Source: Zygophlyctis sp. KS116
Taxonomy: Eukaryota > Fungi > Chytridiomycota
Direction of reading: 5' to 3'
DNA length: 32,000 bases
NCBI GenBank assembly: GCA_054661495.1
Contig: BAAFSQ010000045.1
Location: forward strand, 1 to 32,000
Part shown: positions 10,850-25,146 of the stretch, one piece after another
Layout of the letters: every line of letters begins with the position of its first letter
Numbering within the stretch: the first letter of the stretch is position 1
Notes under the pieces: generated by a model
What the model saw: only the letters and a program-made list of their open reading frames with translations
Database searches by the model: none
What the model was told of the DNA's origin: nothing
Position numbers and translations under genes: made by a program

Positions 10850-11328
10850 ATGTCTGATTTTTCTACTTATGAGTCTTTCAAGTAATTTATTTTATTAGAA
10901 ATCATAATTTTAGACCTGATATGTCTCATGAACAAGTAATGTCTTGGTTTCAGTCTAGACTAAATAGAAATGCAGAAGCTTATGATGTTTATCAAGTAAT
11001 TTTACAAGATTAAGAACCAGGTAGCAAAAGACTTTTATCAACTTGGATCATTCTCTAGAGCTAAAACATGTCTAATAACTTATGTACTTCTAAAGTAATT
11101 TAAACGCGATTTAGACAATGCTTTCAGGAGCAATGACTCAAGGAAGACACTTACTAGGCTATTGTTATTTAAATTTGGGAGATTTAGAAAGAGCTCTTGG
11201 AGAATTTAAAAAATGTATTTCAGGTATTTTTATTATTTTTATTATTTAAAAATCAAGAGGATTTTGATGATGATTGGCAATTGATTGTGGAATTAATCAT
11301 TGAAAATCAAGAGAAAATTTATTCTTGA
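10850..11328 (+). CDS. Small TPR-like helical repeat protein
   Basis: Five exons (introns 10882-10913, 10996-11020, 11084-11114, 11224-11257) give an open frame containing AKDFYQLGSFSRAKTCL and HLLGYCYLNLGDLERALGEFKKC. Missed by the ORF track. Confidence 0.72.
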
Positions 11329-11381
11329 TTTTTCTCCTTGTCCATAGCCTTGAGAGATTGAAAGCGGTAAAGCCTTGCCAA

Positions 11382-13888
11382 ATGATTATTCTTACTATTC
11401 TGATATATTTGTCTGTTTTTGCAAGAATTTCTAAAGGATCAATCAGTCCTTTAGAGAGTCTACCTCAATCATCCCTATTTTTACTAAAAGATGTTCGATC
11501 GGATCTCAAATTTCCTGAATTGTCGCTGCAAGAAAAGATCAAAATTGTAAATCAGACAAGATCAATCTTTAGTATTTACATTCATAGAGGAACTAGACTG
11601 ATCAATGCTTTGGATGATTTAGAAAATGTTTTGTATTCTCTAAAGAATTTGACTCAAGAAGAATTTCAAATGTCAATGCACTCAATTTATTTAAATTTAC
11701 ATGATATACAACAACAGTATGTATTTCCGGTTCCTTTTTCTTGTTCTAAAATTATTATTCCTTTGGAATTTGGTAGAATTCAAGGAGATAATACATCACT
11801 GTTTAATTATGCAGTAAAGGAAAAAAGGGATTTATACAAAAAGTTTGGGGTTGGGTGGCTGGCTGGGGTTAATCTCGGAGATGTTTTAATTAGCGTAGAT
11901 GGGATAATAATTGAAGATTTACAAGTTTATTTTCCAGAATTATTTATAAATGCAAACAAAGAGGCAGTTATTGCTAGATGGATACAAAAAGTTACTTTTA
12001 GGTTTGATTACGGTTTTAATAATTTATAGATCTCTTAAATATAATCCTCTTCCAACTAGGAATCATGTTACTTTGGGGTTTAAAAGGAAAAATAAGGTTT
12101 TTCTGCAGACATTGGACTATCTAGTGTATTCTTCTGAATGCAATCATTTGATAGAATTAAAGTCTTTAAATCTTAAAGATGATATTTCAATCAATGATGC
12201 TTATGAAAGAAGGGATTTTTATGAAATTGATCATCAAGTATTTAATCATTTTTGGGGGGATTATGGTTATATCTATTTGAGTAATTTTATGGGAGAAACT
12301 AGAGAAAGTCTTTATGAATTTAAAGAAATTTTATCAAGGGAAATGGTCAAGACAAATGGATTAGTCATTGATGTACGAAATAATCCAGGTGGGTCAATAA
12401 ATTTTGCACAAAGGTAGATAAAATATTTTTAAAATTAGTTTGGTTCAGTTTTTTTCTTCTGTGGAAGTTTTACCAATCAAATCTAGAGTGATTGATTGTA
12501 AAATGAATCAAAAAATAGTTGATACAGATTTGGTTGTAGATGAGTCTTTATGGAATATTTCTTTTAAAAATACTAAAAATGTAATTACTATAATTAACAT
12601 CAAAGTTTACCTATCCACCAATTTCAACTTCAAAAAAAGAACAACTCAATCAGTTTGGGAGGGTGTATTATGGTTCAGTCGCAGTCTTAACAAATGCTCA
12701 ATGTACTGGGGCATGTGAAGTATTTGTTGCATTAATGCAAGATTTGGAAATTGCTCGTATATATGGTGAAGGTATTATACTAAAAGTTTAACATTAGACA
12801 CTGTAACTGCAGGTGCTTGTGCTACAACGTTGGATTCTAATCTTTTGAGTAAATATTTTCCAAATTCCTTCTTTTCTTCTGTGGCTAGTTCTCAAATTGC
12901 ATGGAAACAATTAATTAGAATTGGGCTCAATGACGGAAAATTACTCGATGAAAATGGAGTTTCAGTTGATGAAGTCATACAGGTACCATTATAAAAACTA
13001 AAAGTATAGCCCGAATCTCAACATATCACTAGAGAATTACCTCTTTATCTTGTTCATCGTATCAATTATAAGATGCGATTTGACAATCCAGTTTATCTAT
13101 CAGTAGATGGATCTCATAACATTGATATTCCTGTGAATAAAACTCTCATTTTTCGTGGTGCTAGTCGTGGAATATCAAAAGTCTCTATCTCTGAAAATGG
13201 AGTTGTTCTTGATACAGTCTATGTTTCAATGCTTCCATTTCATCGCTGGAAGGCAAGTTTATACATACCTTTTTCATCAGACTATGCGCGGACCTTTACT
13301 ATTTCCGGATTATCGGACCAAGACTCTGTTTTAAAACAGATGATTCGTGTAATAAGACAAATCCCGCTTGAACGTATCAAGTTAAAGAGATCCCATCATT
13401 TCTGGGATTGGCATTACGGATTTCAATGGGCATGGGACTTTACATTTGGAAGGTTTACTAGTATTTACACACTTGCAGGGAATGAAAAAGATGGGTGGCA
13501 GGTGTCTGAAGCAGATGACGTCAAAACATTGATCATACCAAAATCTTGTAAGTATTAAGTAAACTTATGCCTAGATGTTCCTGGGACTGTTTCCATGTTT
13601 TCTTTATTCCTTGATGCAAAATATGTTGAGTACGGAATGTTAACTGTAAAATTGGATATGGATCTTTGTCCTAATGACACTCTGGAGTTTGAAATTGCTG
13701 ACTCTTTCTCCGCACTCCAAAATTTAGGAATTTATCACGGTCAATTGGGTTCATCTGATCTAAACTTTAATCTTCGTGAATTTATTGGCCGTTATTTAGA
13801 ATTTAGAATCATTTTCAGAGCCAAAAGCAATGATTCTTTCAATTTTGGCGGCGTTTCGGTTCAGAGTTTGCAAATTCTTGCATCTTAA
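11382..13888 (+). CDS. Secreted S41-family (CPAF/tail-specific protease-like) protein, probably inactive
   Basis: Signal peptide, PDZ-like GDVLISVDG, GYIYLSNF, GLVIDVRNNPGGS, VAVLTNAQCTGACEVF..MQD..IYGED and WKQLIRIG..DENGV. Six 25-28-nt introns (12002-12029, 12414-12438, 12581-12605, 12772-12797, 12983-13009, 13548-13574). Confidence 0.85.
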
Positions 13889-13890
13889 AA

Positions 13891-15775
13891 ATGATTAAAA
13901 AACTATCACTTGAGAATACTGAGATTTTGAGGTCCCAAATAGATATTCCATCTGTTCGTCATACAGTAGTTGAGTTGATTCTCAATTCCATTGATGCAAA
14001 AGCGATGTCTATTTCTGTCACTGTTCATAAATTGAGCGTTTCAGTCTCTGACGATGGAAATGGATTTGATCCTCAAGATTTAAAACTGTTAAAAAGAAAT
14101 TGTATTGAGCTAAACTAATAGAAAGGTAGTTCCAAGGCCAGTCCAGACACATTTGGACATTGTGGATCTACGCTTGCGAGTCTTTCAGTACTGGCTGATC
14201 TGGAAATACAAACTAGAAGATATTGGAATGGATATCATGCAATTTATACTGTAAAAACATCATCTAAATATAGAATCAAGAATTTATTTGTAAGCAAATC
14301 TCAAATGCAAGAATTGGGACAACAGTTACAGTAAATAATCTATTCAAAAATGTAATTATTAATTCATTAATAACGATTAGTTTCCAGTTCGCCAAAAGAT
14401 TGCATTCAAAGAAAAAACGTCTGAAATTAAGAGATCAATTGAAATTCTAGCATTGGGACTCCCCGAAATTTCTCTACAGTTCAAAGATAATCATCATTTA
14501 ATTCAGACAAATGGATCAGGAAATCTTATGAATACTTTTGATTCATTATTCGGACAGAATTTAGGAGAATCTCGTAAAGAAGTTAATTCGCAAAATTCGG
14601 ACATGGCAGTCAAAGGATTTATTTCAAATAATTTATTTCATTCAAGATATCATCAGTATCTTTATGTCAATCAAAGATACATTTCTAAATCTGTCCTTCA
14701 CGATCTCATCGATGCGGGAAATCAAAAAGGTATATATAAACAATTTATGCAAAGGATGTTATTCAATTTTCTTGATACATATTCATCTACCGTGGGATTC
14801 TATATCTCTATTTAAAAATGATTGCTATTCTTATGAACTAAAACTTATCAAAGATGACGGAATTTTAGATTTTATCTTGAAAGCATTAGGCATTGCAATT
14901 GATAAAAATGTTTCCTCAAGTAAAACCTGCCAAAAAAAGAGGAAGTCTAATCCGTCATCTTCAATTAGGACCAGTGCAAGCGTGGATTTTGATTCGGTGT
15001 TTCAAAAGCCATTTGAATTATCGGTACTTTTTAACTTCATAAAACTCATGCTTTAGAAGTGGAGAAATCCTGTATTTGAAAATATACATAAACCACTACA
15101 ATCCTTAAGAAGTGATCCATTTATTAATAGTGATCAGAAACATCTCAACATCCAAAAGTCCGAATTGAAGCACTTCCTTTTGATCGGACAAATGGACGCA
15201 AAATTCATTCTTTGTAGCTTAAAAACAATTGATAAAACTCAAATAATTTGTTTAGATCAGCATGCAGTAGATGAACGTATTCGTTTAGAGGAACTGGAAT
15301 CGCTGTTGAATTCTCAAGGAACGATCAAATCATATTTTCTCCAAAAACCGCTTATACTTGAAAAAAGGATACTTTCTATCATGACAATATATAAAAGAGA
15401 TTTGGAAAGATGGGGGATCATTATCAATGATCAAGGCGTAATTGCTTATCCGAATATCTTCAAATCCAGACTCGAGAAAGACTTTATAAAATTAAAAAAT
15501 ATTGTAATGGATCACTTGCAATATCTCCAAGAAGGTTTTAGTAATTCTCAGGTTCCTAAAGGCTACAAGAATTTATTAAATTCCATGGCATGCAGATCCG
15601 CAATTAAGTTTGGAGACCAATTGACTCGGGATGAATGCCGCGAGCTAATTATAAAACTTGGTGAATGCAGTTTTCCTTTTCAATGTAAGCTATTGTTGCA
15701 TTTAAATATTAAATAGGTGCGCACGGTCGTCCTTCAATGATTCCTTTGGTGACTTTAGTCAATGAACATGCGTAG
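13891..15775 (+). CDS. MLH3: MutL homolog MLH3
   Basis: ELILNSIDA, DDGNG, GTTVTVNNLFKN|FPVR, WRNPVF, GQMDAKFI, DQHAVDERIRLE, ACRSAIKFGD and FPFQ|CAHGRPS. Six introns of 23-33 nt. Confidence 0.92.
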
Positions 15776-15785
15776 GGCCAATTAA

Positions 15786-18349
15786 ATGATTGTCATAAAC
15801 TGCACTGGACCCTTTAATGAGAAAATCACAGCATTTTCCAGAGCTGCTACTTTGATTGTGTCTCAAGGGTCTTTTAATGCCTCCTTGTCTAGCTCATGGC
15901 AGGAGATATGGGTTTTGCCAGATGAAGGTCATGATTTTATGAATGCATTAGATCAAGGGGCTTCGAAAGTGATTCTACCCGCTCCAAAAGACTCTAGTAC
16001 TCATGATGAAATTATTAGGATTTTCCCTTTGGATCGGATTGTTTGGAAACTATCTGATGTAAATTTCTCAATTGAAATGTTTCTCAATCATGGATGTCAG
16101 TTTATGATTGATGTCGAATCCCCAGATGAATTAGAAAACATTATCTGCAGATTCAGAGGTTATTCAAACTTTTTAATAGCTGTAAATAGCCTTGATTTTG
16201 TTGATATCCCGTCTCTGAATAGTAAAGGATTTGGAGTCGTGATCAACCAAGATTTGATTTCTCTAGGTAAACATGGGATTGGCACTTTGAATTTGGGGGA
16301 TATAATTTGCAATCTTCTATCTTCTGACCGCCCAGATGGTCTATTTCCTACTATAGTGACTGATGAACAAGGTCTTGCCCTGGGGCTCTGCTACTCATCA
16401 AAGGATAGTTTAAATGAAGCAATAAGGCTTGGAAAAGGAGTATATTGGTCAAGAAAAAGAGGTTTATGGCTAAAGGGAGAAACATCAGGTGCCACGCAAG
16501 AATTAGTTTCGATTGCAATAGATTGTGATCGAGATACTCTTCGTTTTGCTGTTCGTCAAAAAAGTCCTGGTAATTTTGCAATTTGTTTAATTTAAGGATT
16601 TTGTCATTTAGAAACCAAAACTTGTTTTGGCTCATCTATTGGTGTCGCTAAGCTTATGGATACACTCAATAGTAGAAAGAAAGATGCGCCAAAAGGTTCT
16701 TACACTAGGCGTCTTTTTGATGACGAAAATCTCCTGAAGGCCAAAATTATTGAGGAAGCTCATGAACTATGTGATGCAGAAAGTCGGGATGATATTGCTT
16801 GGGAAACTGCAGATCTCATTTATTTTGCTTTGACCAAATGCGTTACAGCTGGAGTATCCCTTGAGGATATAGGTAATCAGTTGGACAAAAGGTCTAAAAA
16901 AGTCTTTAGAAGATCTGGAGATGCGAAGCCTGAGTTTTTGTCAAAATCTGTGCCCAAAAACCCTGAAAGCCGCCCTCAAAATATCAAAATGAATCATTAT
17001 GCTCTTAAAAATACTTCCAAAGAAGATCTTAAACTCCTTCTTCAAAGGCCTATTATTAAATCAGACGATATAATGACTCGTGTCAAGCCAATAATGAAGC
17101 AAGTTCGAGAAGAAGGGGATAAGGCAATAATGGATTTCACTCGTAAATTTGACAACATAGACTTGGAATCGTGTGTCCTGAGACCACCTTATGATCCTTC
17201 GCTGATGAAGATAGACCCAAATGTGCGAGGAGCGATTGATCAGGCATTTGCAAATATTAGAAAGTTCCACCAGGCTCAATTCGATCCCCAGGTTTTGGAA
17301 GTTGAGACACTTCCAGGAGTTTTATGCTCACGTTTTGTTCGCCCAATTGAAAAAGTAGGATTGTATGTTCCAGGTGGTACTGCTGTTCTTCCTTCAACTG
17401 CATTAATGTTGGGTATACCAGCGCAGGTGGCAGGATGTAAAGAAATTGTTCTGGCTACACCTCCTACAAAGAATGGAAAGCCAGCTCCTGAAGTGATGTA
17501 TGTAGCAGATAAAATTGGCGCCACTTGTGTTCTTTTAGCAGGTGGCGCTCAAGCAGTTGCGGGAATGGCTTACGGTACTGAATCGATCCCTAAAGTTGAT
17601 AAAATTGTTGGTCCTGGGAATCAGTATGTTACAGCAGCCAAAATGATTGTACAGGTAACTCTGGCCTTAAGTTTTACGTTAGGCGGACAGCTCTGTATTA
17701 GTTTCTATTGATATGCCAGCAGGGCCTTCTGAGCTATTGGTAAGCATTCAATTATAATGGCTAGGTTATAGCGGATGAAACTTGCGTACCGAAGTATGTT
17801 GCTGCAGATTTGCTTAGTCAAGCCGAGCATGGTGAGGATTCACAAGTAGTTCTTGTTGCAGTAAATTTACCCAAATCGCATTTAGAAGAAATAGAAATGG
17901 AACTTGAATCTCAAGGATCTGTTTTGCCTAGATCGGATATTGTTCGTGTATCCATTTCCAAGAGTTTCATTTTGGAAGTATCTACAATGAAGGAAGCTAT
18001 AGATTTCTCCAATTCTTATGCACCTGAGCATTTGATACTGCATTTTGATGACGCGGATTGCTGTATAGATTTAATCCAGAATGCTGGCTCTGTATTTGTT
18101 GGACGTTGGTCCCCAGAAAGTTGTGGAGATTATGCTTCAGGTACCAACCATACACTACCCACTTATGGCTATGCCAAAATGTATTCTGGAGTGAACACAA
18201 ACACATTTGTAAAGCATTTGACATCCCAAAAGCTTACTAAAGAGGGATTAGATTTGCTGGGAGATACTGTCACTACATTAGCACATCTTGAAGGTTTGGA
18301 AGCACATAGAAATGCTGTAGCAGTTCGACTGAAGGACATTCGAAAATAA
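15786..18349 (+). CDS. HIS4: Trifunctional histidine biosynthesis protein (HisI-HisE-HisD)
   Basis: YWSR..LWLKGETSG..DCDRD..G|FCH, GSYTRRLF, GLYVPGG, GPGNQYV, IDMPAGPSE, SQAEH and GDYASGTNHTLPT. Introns at 16570-16596, 17655-17682 and 17740-17764. Confidence 0.96.
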
Positions 18350-18358
18350 AGATTTATA

Positions 18359-20553
18359 TTACTTATTTTGACTAATAATCAGCTCCTGCAACTGATCGCT
18401 TCCTTCTATGGATAGATTCTGCTCGTTCGCCAAGTGAAGTACACATATAAAGCAGAATGCCACAGAAATATCCTGTCTCTTATGTTCCGGGTAGAAATTA
18501 TCGAGTCCATGAACCAAATCAGTGAACTTCTTGGGCTTTTCAAATGTTGCTTCAGTTGGCAACTCGGATGACTAATGTCAGCAAACTTTAATTATTACCT
18601 CGTCATTCACTTCTAGTAATTCCTTCCAAATGTTTTCCTTCAATCGTTTAACATCTACTCGCTTTGCTGTCTTTGCATATCTTAACGGCGCAGCGAGGAC
18701 TTTTTTGGGCTGGTCGACCAGCTGATCTCCGTAATCTAAAAAAACAGAAATATCACCAGGAGGCCCTTCCGGTGTCTCTCCTTCATTGTCAATTCCAGAG
18801 TCTTCATCGTCATACGGATCAAATTCAAATCCTTGCGGAGTATCTATTAATTAGCTCACTCGTAATGATATTCTACCATCTGCTGCATTATTTACGGGCT
18901 CATCAGGACTGATCATTTCATTTTGGGCCCAGAACAAATCGTCCTGTTGCAAGTCATCAGGAACATCATCTATACATTATAATTAATTGATTTTACTGAT
19001 ATTTTGCACATTATGTAAAGTGCGCCCTTGGACTTTGTTTTTCATCCTAAAACTGATCTAAAGTATTTTAGTTTTTGGAAGTACCTTGTATTCTGGATTT
19101 GAAAATAATTTTGCGATATTTTTATATGAAATATGTAAATCTTCAGGAAGCAAATGCTTAGTTTTCAATTTATCAGCTTTTGGAAGATTAATTGATGAAC
19201 CTTGTGAAAATAGAGCCTTTAAATCAACCGGATTCGGATCAAGAAAATTGATAAGTTCCACTTCCTTTGGTATCCTTTTCTTTACTTTTGACTTTTCAGT
19301 TCTAGCAGCTACAATATTAATTTCACCGTTTATATTACCCAATAATGGTTTAGATCTCCAGTGCTCTGGACCAGCCCAATTCCTCAAAATAGACGTATCA
19401 AAGTACGAGAATACGCCCTCTTGAATTCCGATTGCTGGAAGATATTGCGCTTGTGAGACCATGCCCATGTCACCTTCTTCATTAAAATGCTCTTGATCAG
19501 GATCGACACTAAACATTAAATTATTGCATTCATCTCCACCAATACTAACATTATCATCAATATTGGGCGAAAAATCATAAAAATCATTTGGCTTTGCTTC
19601 TTTGGTAAAATCAATCTCTGCGCAAATCTGATTATCTGGGTTAGAAAATTCAAAGTTTCTTAGAGATGAACATATCTCTGTATCCCACAAACACTCTAAT
19701 TTAGAGTAAAAGTGATCTAATCATTGAGATATCCAAAAAGCACCTTTGAGCTTATCATAATCAATCCAAGATTGCTCTAAAACCTCTTCTTTTGGTTTGA
19801 CCGCATTGATTGAAATATCACCAGCATCAAATATAATTTGTCCATTTGACGAAATACTCAAATGATTTAACAATAATCCTCTCGCACCGCCTTCATCAAA
19901 ATCCGCTGATGTTTTTCTAAAAAGTGGATCGACTGTAAATTCTATGTCAAGCTTTTTTAGATCGAGATTATTTATATCCTTTTCGAGCGTATTGGTATGC
20001 CGATGGCCCTATTTTTCAAATAAAATTTATACTCTCTTTTTCACTTTAACAGCTCCAGCCTCCACATCTTCTTCTAAATCTACTTCTTCCTTTTGATTTC
20101 CTATTAAATTAGCTAGAAATATGGATTAAAAGACGTGAATAGAATGAAATACGTACCATAATTTTGTAGTCCACTTAGCAACTTTTTAGTTTCTACATCT
20201 ACAGAGTCTACTCTAGATGTATATATCTTGACACAACCGTCAAGAGTGCATGAAGCCTTTTGAAAGTTTATAGAATCTCCTTCTCTTAACAGCGTAAGAT
20301 CGTGAAAATAGTCAATTAGCGCCAAAGTCCAACTATTACTTGCATTGATTTTCTTGCTCTTAAAAGTATTAAATCATACATTATCAGCGACTATTTTCAT
20401 CCACTCATCAAATGATTTCTTTAACTCATCAGAACTTTCGTTTTGGTCCGAAAATGATTCTGAAATTCGTTGTCTACGGTCTGAAATTATAGACTGTCTT
20501 CTAGTTTCCCTTTTACCTCTCCGCCCAGTACTCGTATCTGTCTCGACAGTCAT
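18359..20553 (-). CDS. BRN1: Condensin I kleisin subunit Brn1/Cnd2/CAP-H
   Basis: FDEWMKIVADN|KINASNSWTLALIDYF, NFQKASCTLDGCVKIYTSRVDSV, VDPLFRKTSADFDEGGA, NWAGPEHW and ISVAFCFICVLHLANE. Several short introns (e.g. 20353-20379, 19309-19338). Confidence 0.94.
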
Positions 20554-20567
20554 TTTATCGAATTCCT

Positions 20568-20574
20568 CGCGAAA
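20568..20574. promoter_or_regulatory. SCB/E2F-like element CGCGAAA upstream of condensin BRN1
   Basis: Exact CGCGAAA 14 nt upstream of the BRN1 ATG in an AT-rich context, sitting inside a CGAATTC..GAATTCG inverted repeat. Confidence 0.45.
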
Positions 20575-20786
20575 TGTGAATTCGTCCGAATCTACTTTTG
20601 ATCAAACTCACTGATACAATGCTTTTGTAGATTTATAGACGGTTGTCAATCATATGGAATAAGTAAAGCGGAATCTCAATCATCGATTTTATTATAAATT
20701 GTACAGAGTTTGTTCATACATGATAATGCCAATTGTTTATCTTGTTTACGCATTGTTTGAGTGACGCATTGTGTTCATTCATAATC

Positions 20787-21601
20787 ATGACATCTAAAGT
20801 TTCAAATGAAGATAGGGAATTCTCCCCAAGGGCCCAAAGAAGACATTTTGTGAATTCTCTAGTGGAGTACCTGATTATTACTTAATATTAGAAATCGACA
20901 TCTTAATCTATTAAAGGAAGATCTTACAGAAAATGCAAAAGAGCTATACAAGCGACCTTTAAATCCAATCCCTGCAAACCCAAAAGGAAATGTGAAATCC
21001 TATCATAATGCTGAAGTACAAGTAAGACATTTACAAACTCAATTTAGCAAAAACTCTCAGATATTGAAAAGGATTTAGCATCAATGAACATGGGACAAAT
21101 AAGTAAAAATGAGATCGATTCAATTTTATATGTTTCAACATATCAAGCAGGATATAATCCCAAAAAAGTGACTGCACCCAACTTTATAAAGGCCGAATTA
21201 TCTCAAGCCAATTTGGGAGATCGTTCTAAAAAAGACTCAAAAGATCCACATGTCATGAGTCTTTATCAGACTTCTTTTGGTGAAGACAACTCTTACCACA
21301 ATACTACTTTTAATAAGACACTGAATCGCGATCTTCACTCTTATGGAAAACAAAACATTTTGTATCATTTATATAGCCCAGGTAAAACTCTTTATTAATT
21401 TATACAAGGCCTCAAAGTTGAGGAAGTGATGGTATTGGATCCAAAAGCAACTGTTTACAAAACTTCATATGAAAATGATTATAGTCAACGTAAATTTTTC
21501 AAAGAGATTCCTCCAGAACAAATTCCAATTCCCTCTAGTTTGGGATCAAAACATAACAAACGCAACATGAAATTTAGAAAATGGGGAGGTTATCAAGGTC
21601 C

Positions 21602-21605
<4 letters not shown>
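20787..21605 (+). CDS. Uncharacterised protein with repeated (S/T)xYxxx(Y/F) motifs, candidate axonemal microtubule-inner protein
   Basis: Four exons (introns 20867-20891, 21022-21047, 21382-21408). Motifs STYQAGY, SLYQTSF, NSYHNTTF and TSYENDY. Confidence 0.6.
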
Positions 21606-22940
<1,335 letters not shown>

Positions 22941-22993
22941 TTGAAAGAGCCGCCAAGTTGATGCTTGGAAAGCGTGAAATTTTTTAGGAAAAA

Positions 22994-24125
22994 ATGCTTC
23001 AATCGCTGCCCGATTGGAATCAGTTATTATCAAATGTGCAGGAATCTATTGCACTAAATAGAGAGTTGACTCAAAAGGTATTTTACTAATGCACTCAACT
23101 TAAAGGAAGCACATGGAATTAGAAAGCATTCCCCATATTTTATTGATAAGAAAAAAACTGTAATTTCATCTCAACTCATAATAGACTCCAAATTATTCAA
23201 ATGCACAAACCATCAATGGGATCCCAATATCTCAGTTAGTTTTCGGATCTAGAACTTGGTCAGTAAAGGAAACCATTGCTCTACAAAAGGCAATTGCAAG
23301 ACAGAGCTTAATGCAAAGTTTTGAAATACAAACTGAAAAATCAAACTTGGAGCTTTTAATTGAATCAAATAATTTTAATTTAGACTGGGATCAAGTATCT
23401 AGGGAAGTACAGTCTAGATCAGCTTTGGAATGCCAATCAGAATGGTTTTTTCACAAGTATCCATTGTTAAATTTTAAACCATTTACACAACAAGAATTAG
23501 AGAAATTAGAGAAATTAGTAGAGAAATACAAGGCTTCAAACTGGAATTTGATTGCAAGAGATTTAGGCGTAAGATTATCATTTTTAAAGTATATTAGAAT
23601 AGTAGAGTACCATGGCATGTTTATAAAACTTATGTACTGAAAATAAAAAAACTCAATAAATTGGGAAAATGGACAGATCAAGAAGATCAAATTTTAAAAG
23701 ATTCAGTTTCTAGATTAGGAGTTAAATCATGGATTTTGGTTGCAGCAAATTTACCTAATAGATCTGCCTCACAATGCTTACAGAGATGGAATTTCACTCT
23801 TTCTCCTAAAATTAAAAAAGGACGATGGTCTAAAGAAGAGGATGCTGCATTACTTGAAGGAATTAGAAAATACGGTCGAGGAAAATGGAAATTAATATCA
23901 TCTGTAGTACCTGGAAGAACAGATGCACAAATCAGAGAAAGATTTGAAAATGTACTAAATCCAGATTTAAATCGTGGACCGTGGTCCGTGTCTGAAAGAG
24001 AAACACTTACATCTCTTGTACAGACTATTGGACCTAAATGGTCAATTATATCACAAGAGCTGACTAATCGCACTGATAGCATGTGTAAAAGAGAATGGGA
24101 AAAAATCCAAAAGAAACGATTTTGA
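22994..24125 (+). CDS. SNAPC4: Multi-repeat Myb protein resembling SNAPc subunit SNAPC4/SNAP190
   Basis: N-terminal ALNRE and PYFID motifs, then a half repeat plus four Myb repeats (DWDQVS..RSALECQSEW, NWNLIARDLG, KWTDQED, GRWSKEED, GPWSVSE). Introns at 23078-23105, 23160-23184 and 23569-23597. Confidence 0.72.
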
Positions 24126-24173
24126 GTTTAAAATCTATTTTTAGTTAAGTTGTGGCGTAAGGTTTTTCTATAA

Positions 24174-25146
24174 ATGGAACAAGAGTACAGCCCGTCGTTG
24201 GAAAACATCCTTGAACAGAAATCACTTCGATGGATATTTGTAGGAGGAAAAGGAGGAGTTGGAAAGACTACAACCTCTTGCTCCTTGGCCACTCAATTGA
24301 GTTTTGTTCGTGAATCAGTGCTGTTGATTTCTACCGATCCGGCACATAATCTCTCTGATGCTTTCGGACAAAAATTTAACAAGGATCCAACTCTAGTAAA
24401 TGGATTTCCTAATCTTTATGCCATGGTAAAATCACAAATTTAAATCATAGGAAATTGATCCAACTTCCACAATGGAAGAAATGAATTCTCCTGGTGAAGA
24501 AGGAGGACTTGCATCTCATTTCCAGGACTTATCTCTATCTATTCCTGGAGTTGATGAAGCAATGTCTTTTGCGCAAGTTATGAAACTAGTTAAATCTATG
24601 GATTATGAATGTGTTGTATTTGATACAGCACCTACTGGACATACAATGAGATTTTTATCTTTTCCAACTGTTATGGATCAGGCATTAGGTAAATTATCCG
24701 AGCTTTCAGGAAGATTTGGACCAATGATACAAGGTTTGATGGGAGGAGACGCTGAAAATGATATATTTGGTAAAATGGCTTCAATGAGAACCACAATTCA
24801 AGAAGTTAATTCTCAATTCCAGAATCCTGATTTAACTACATTTGTCTGTGTTTGTATTCCAGAATTTCTAAGTTTATATGAAACTGAAAGAATGATTCAA
24901 GATCTGAATGGATTTAACATTGATACTCACAATATTGTCGTGAATCAATTATTGTATCCTAAAAAAGACTCTACTTGTGAACAATGTCTTGTTAGGGCTA
25001 AAATGCAAGCCAAATATTTGGATCAAATTGATGAATTATATGAAGATTTCCATGTTGTCAAGATGCCCTTATTAACTGTAGAAATACGTGGGCCTGAAAC
25101 TATAAAGAAATTCTCTAGAATGTTGATTGAACCCTATATTCCTTAA
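24174..25146 (+). CDS. GET3: ATPase Get3/ArsA/TRC40
   Basis: [24 protein letters not shown]|EIDP, DTAPTGH and CEQC. Intron at 24426-24450. Confidence 0.96.

Noticed and set aside
20657-20672. GAATAAGTAAA-g-CGGA as a C/D snoRNA guide against LSU rRNA
   Set aside because: There is no recognisable C box or terminal D box, and the match is short, AT-rich and from memory only.
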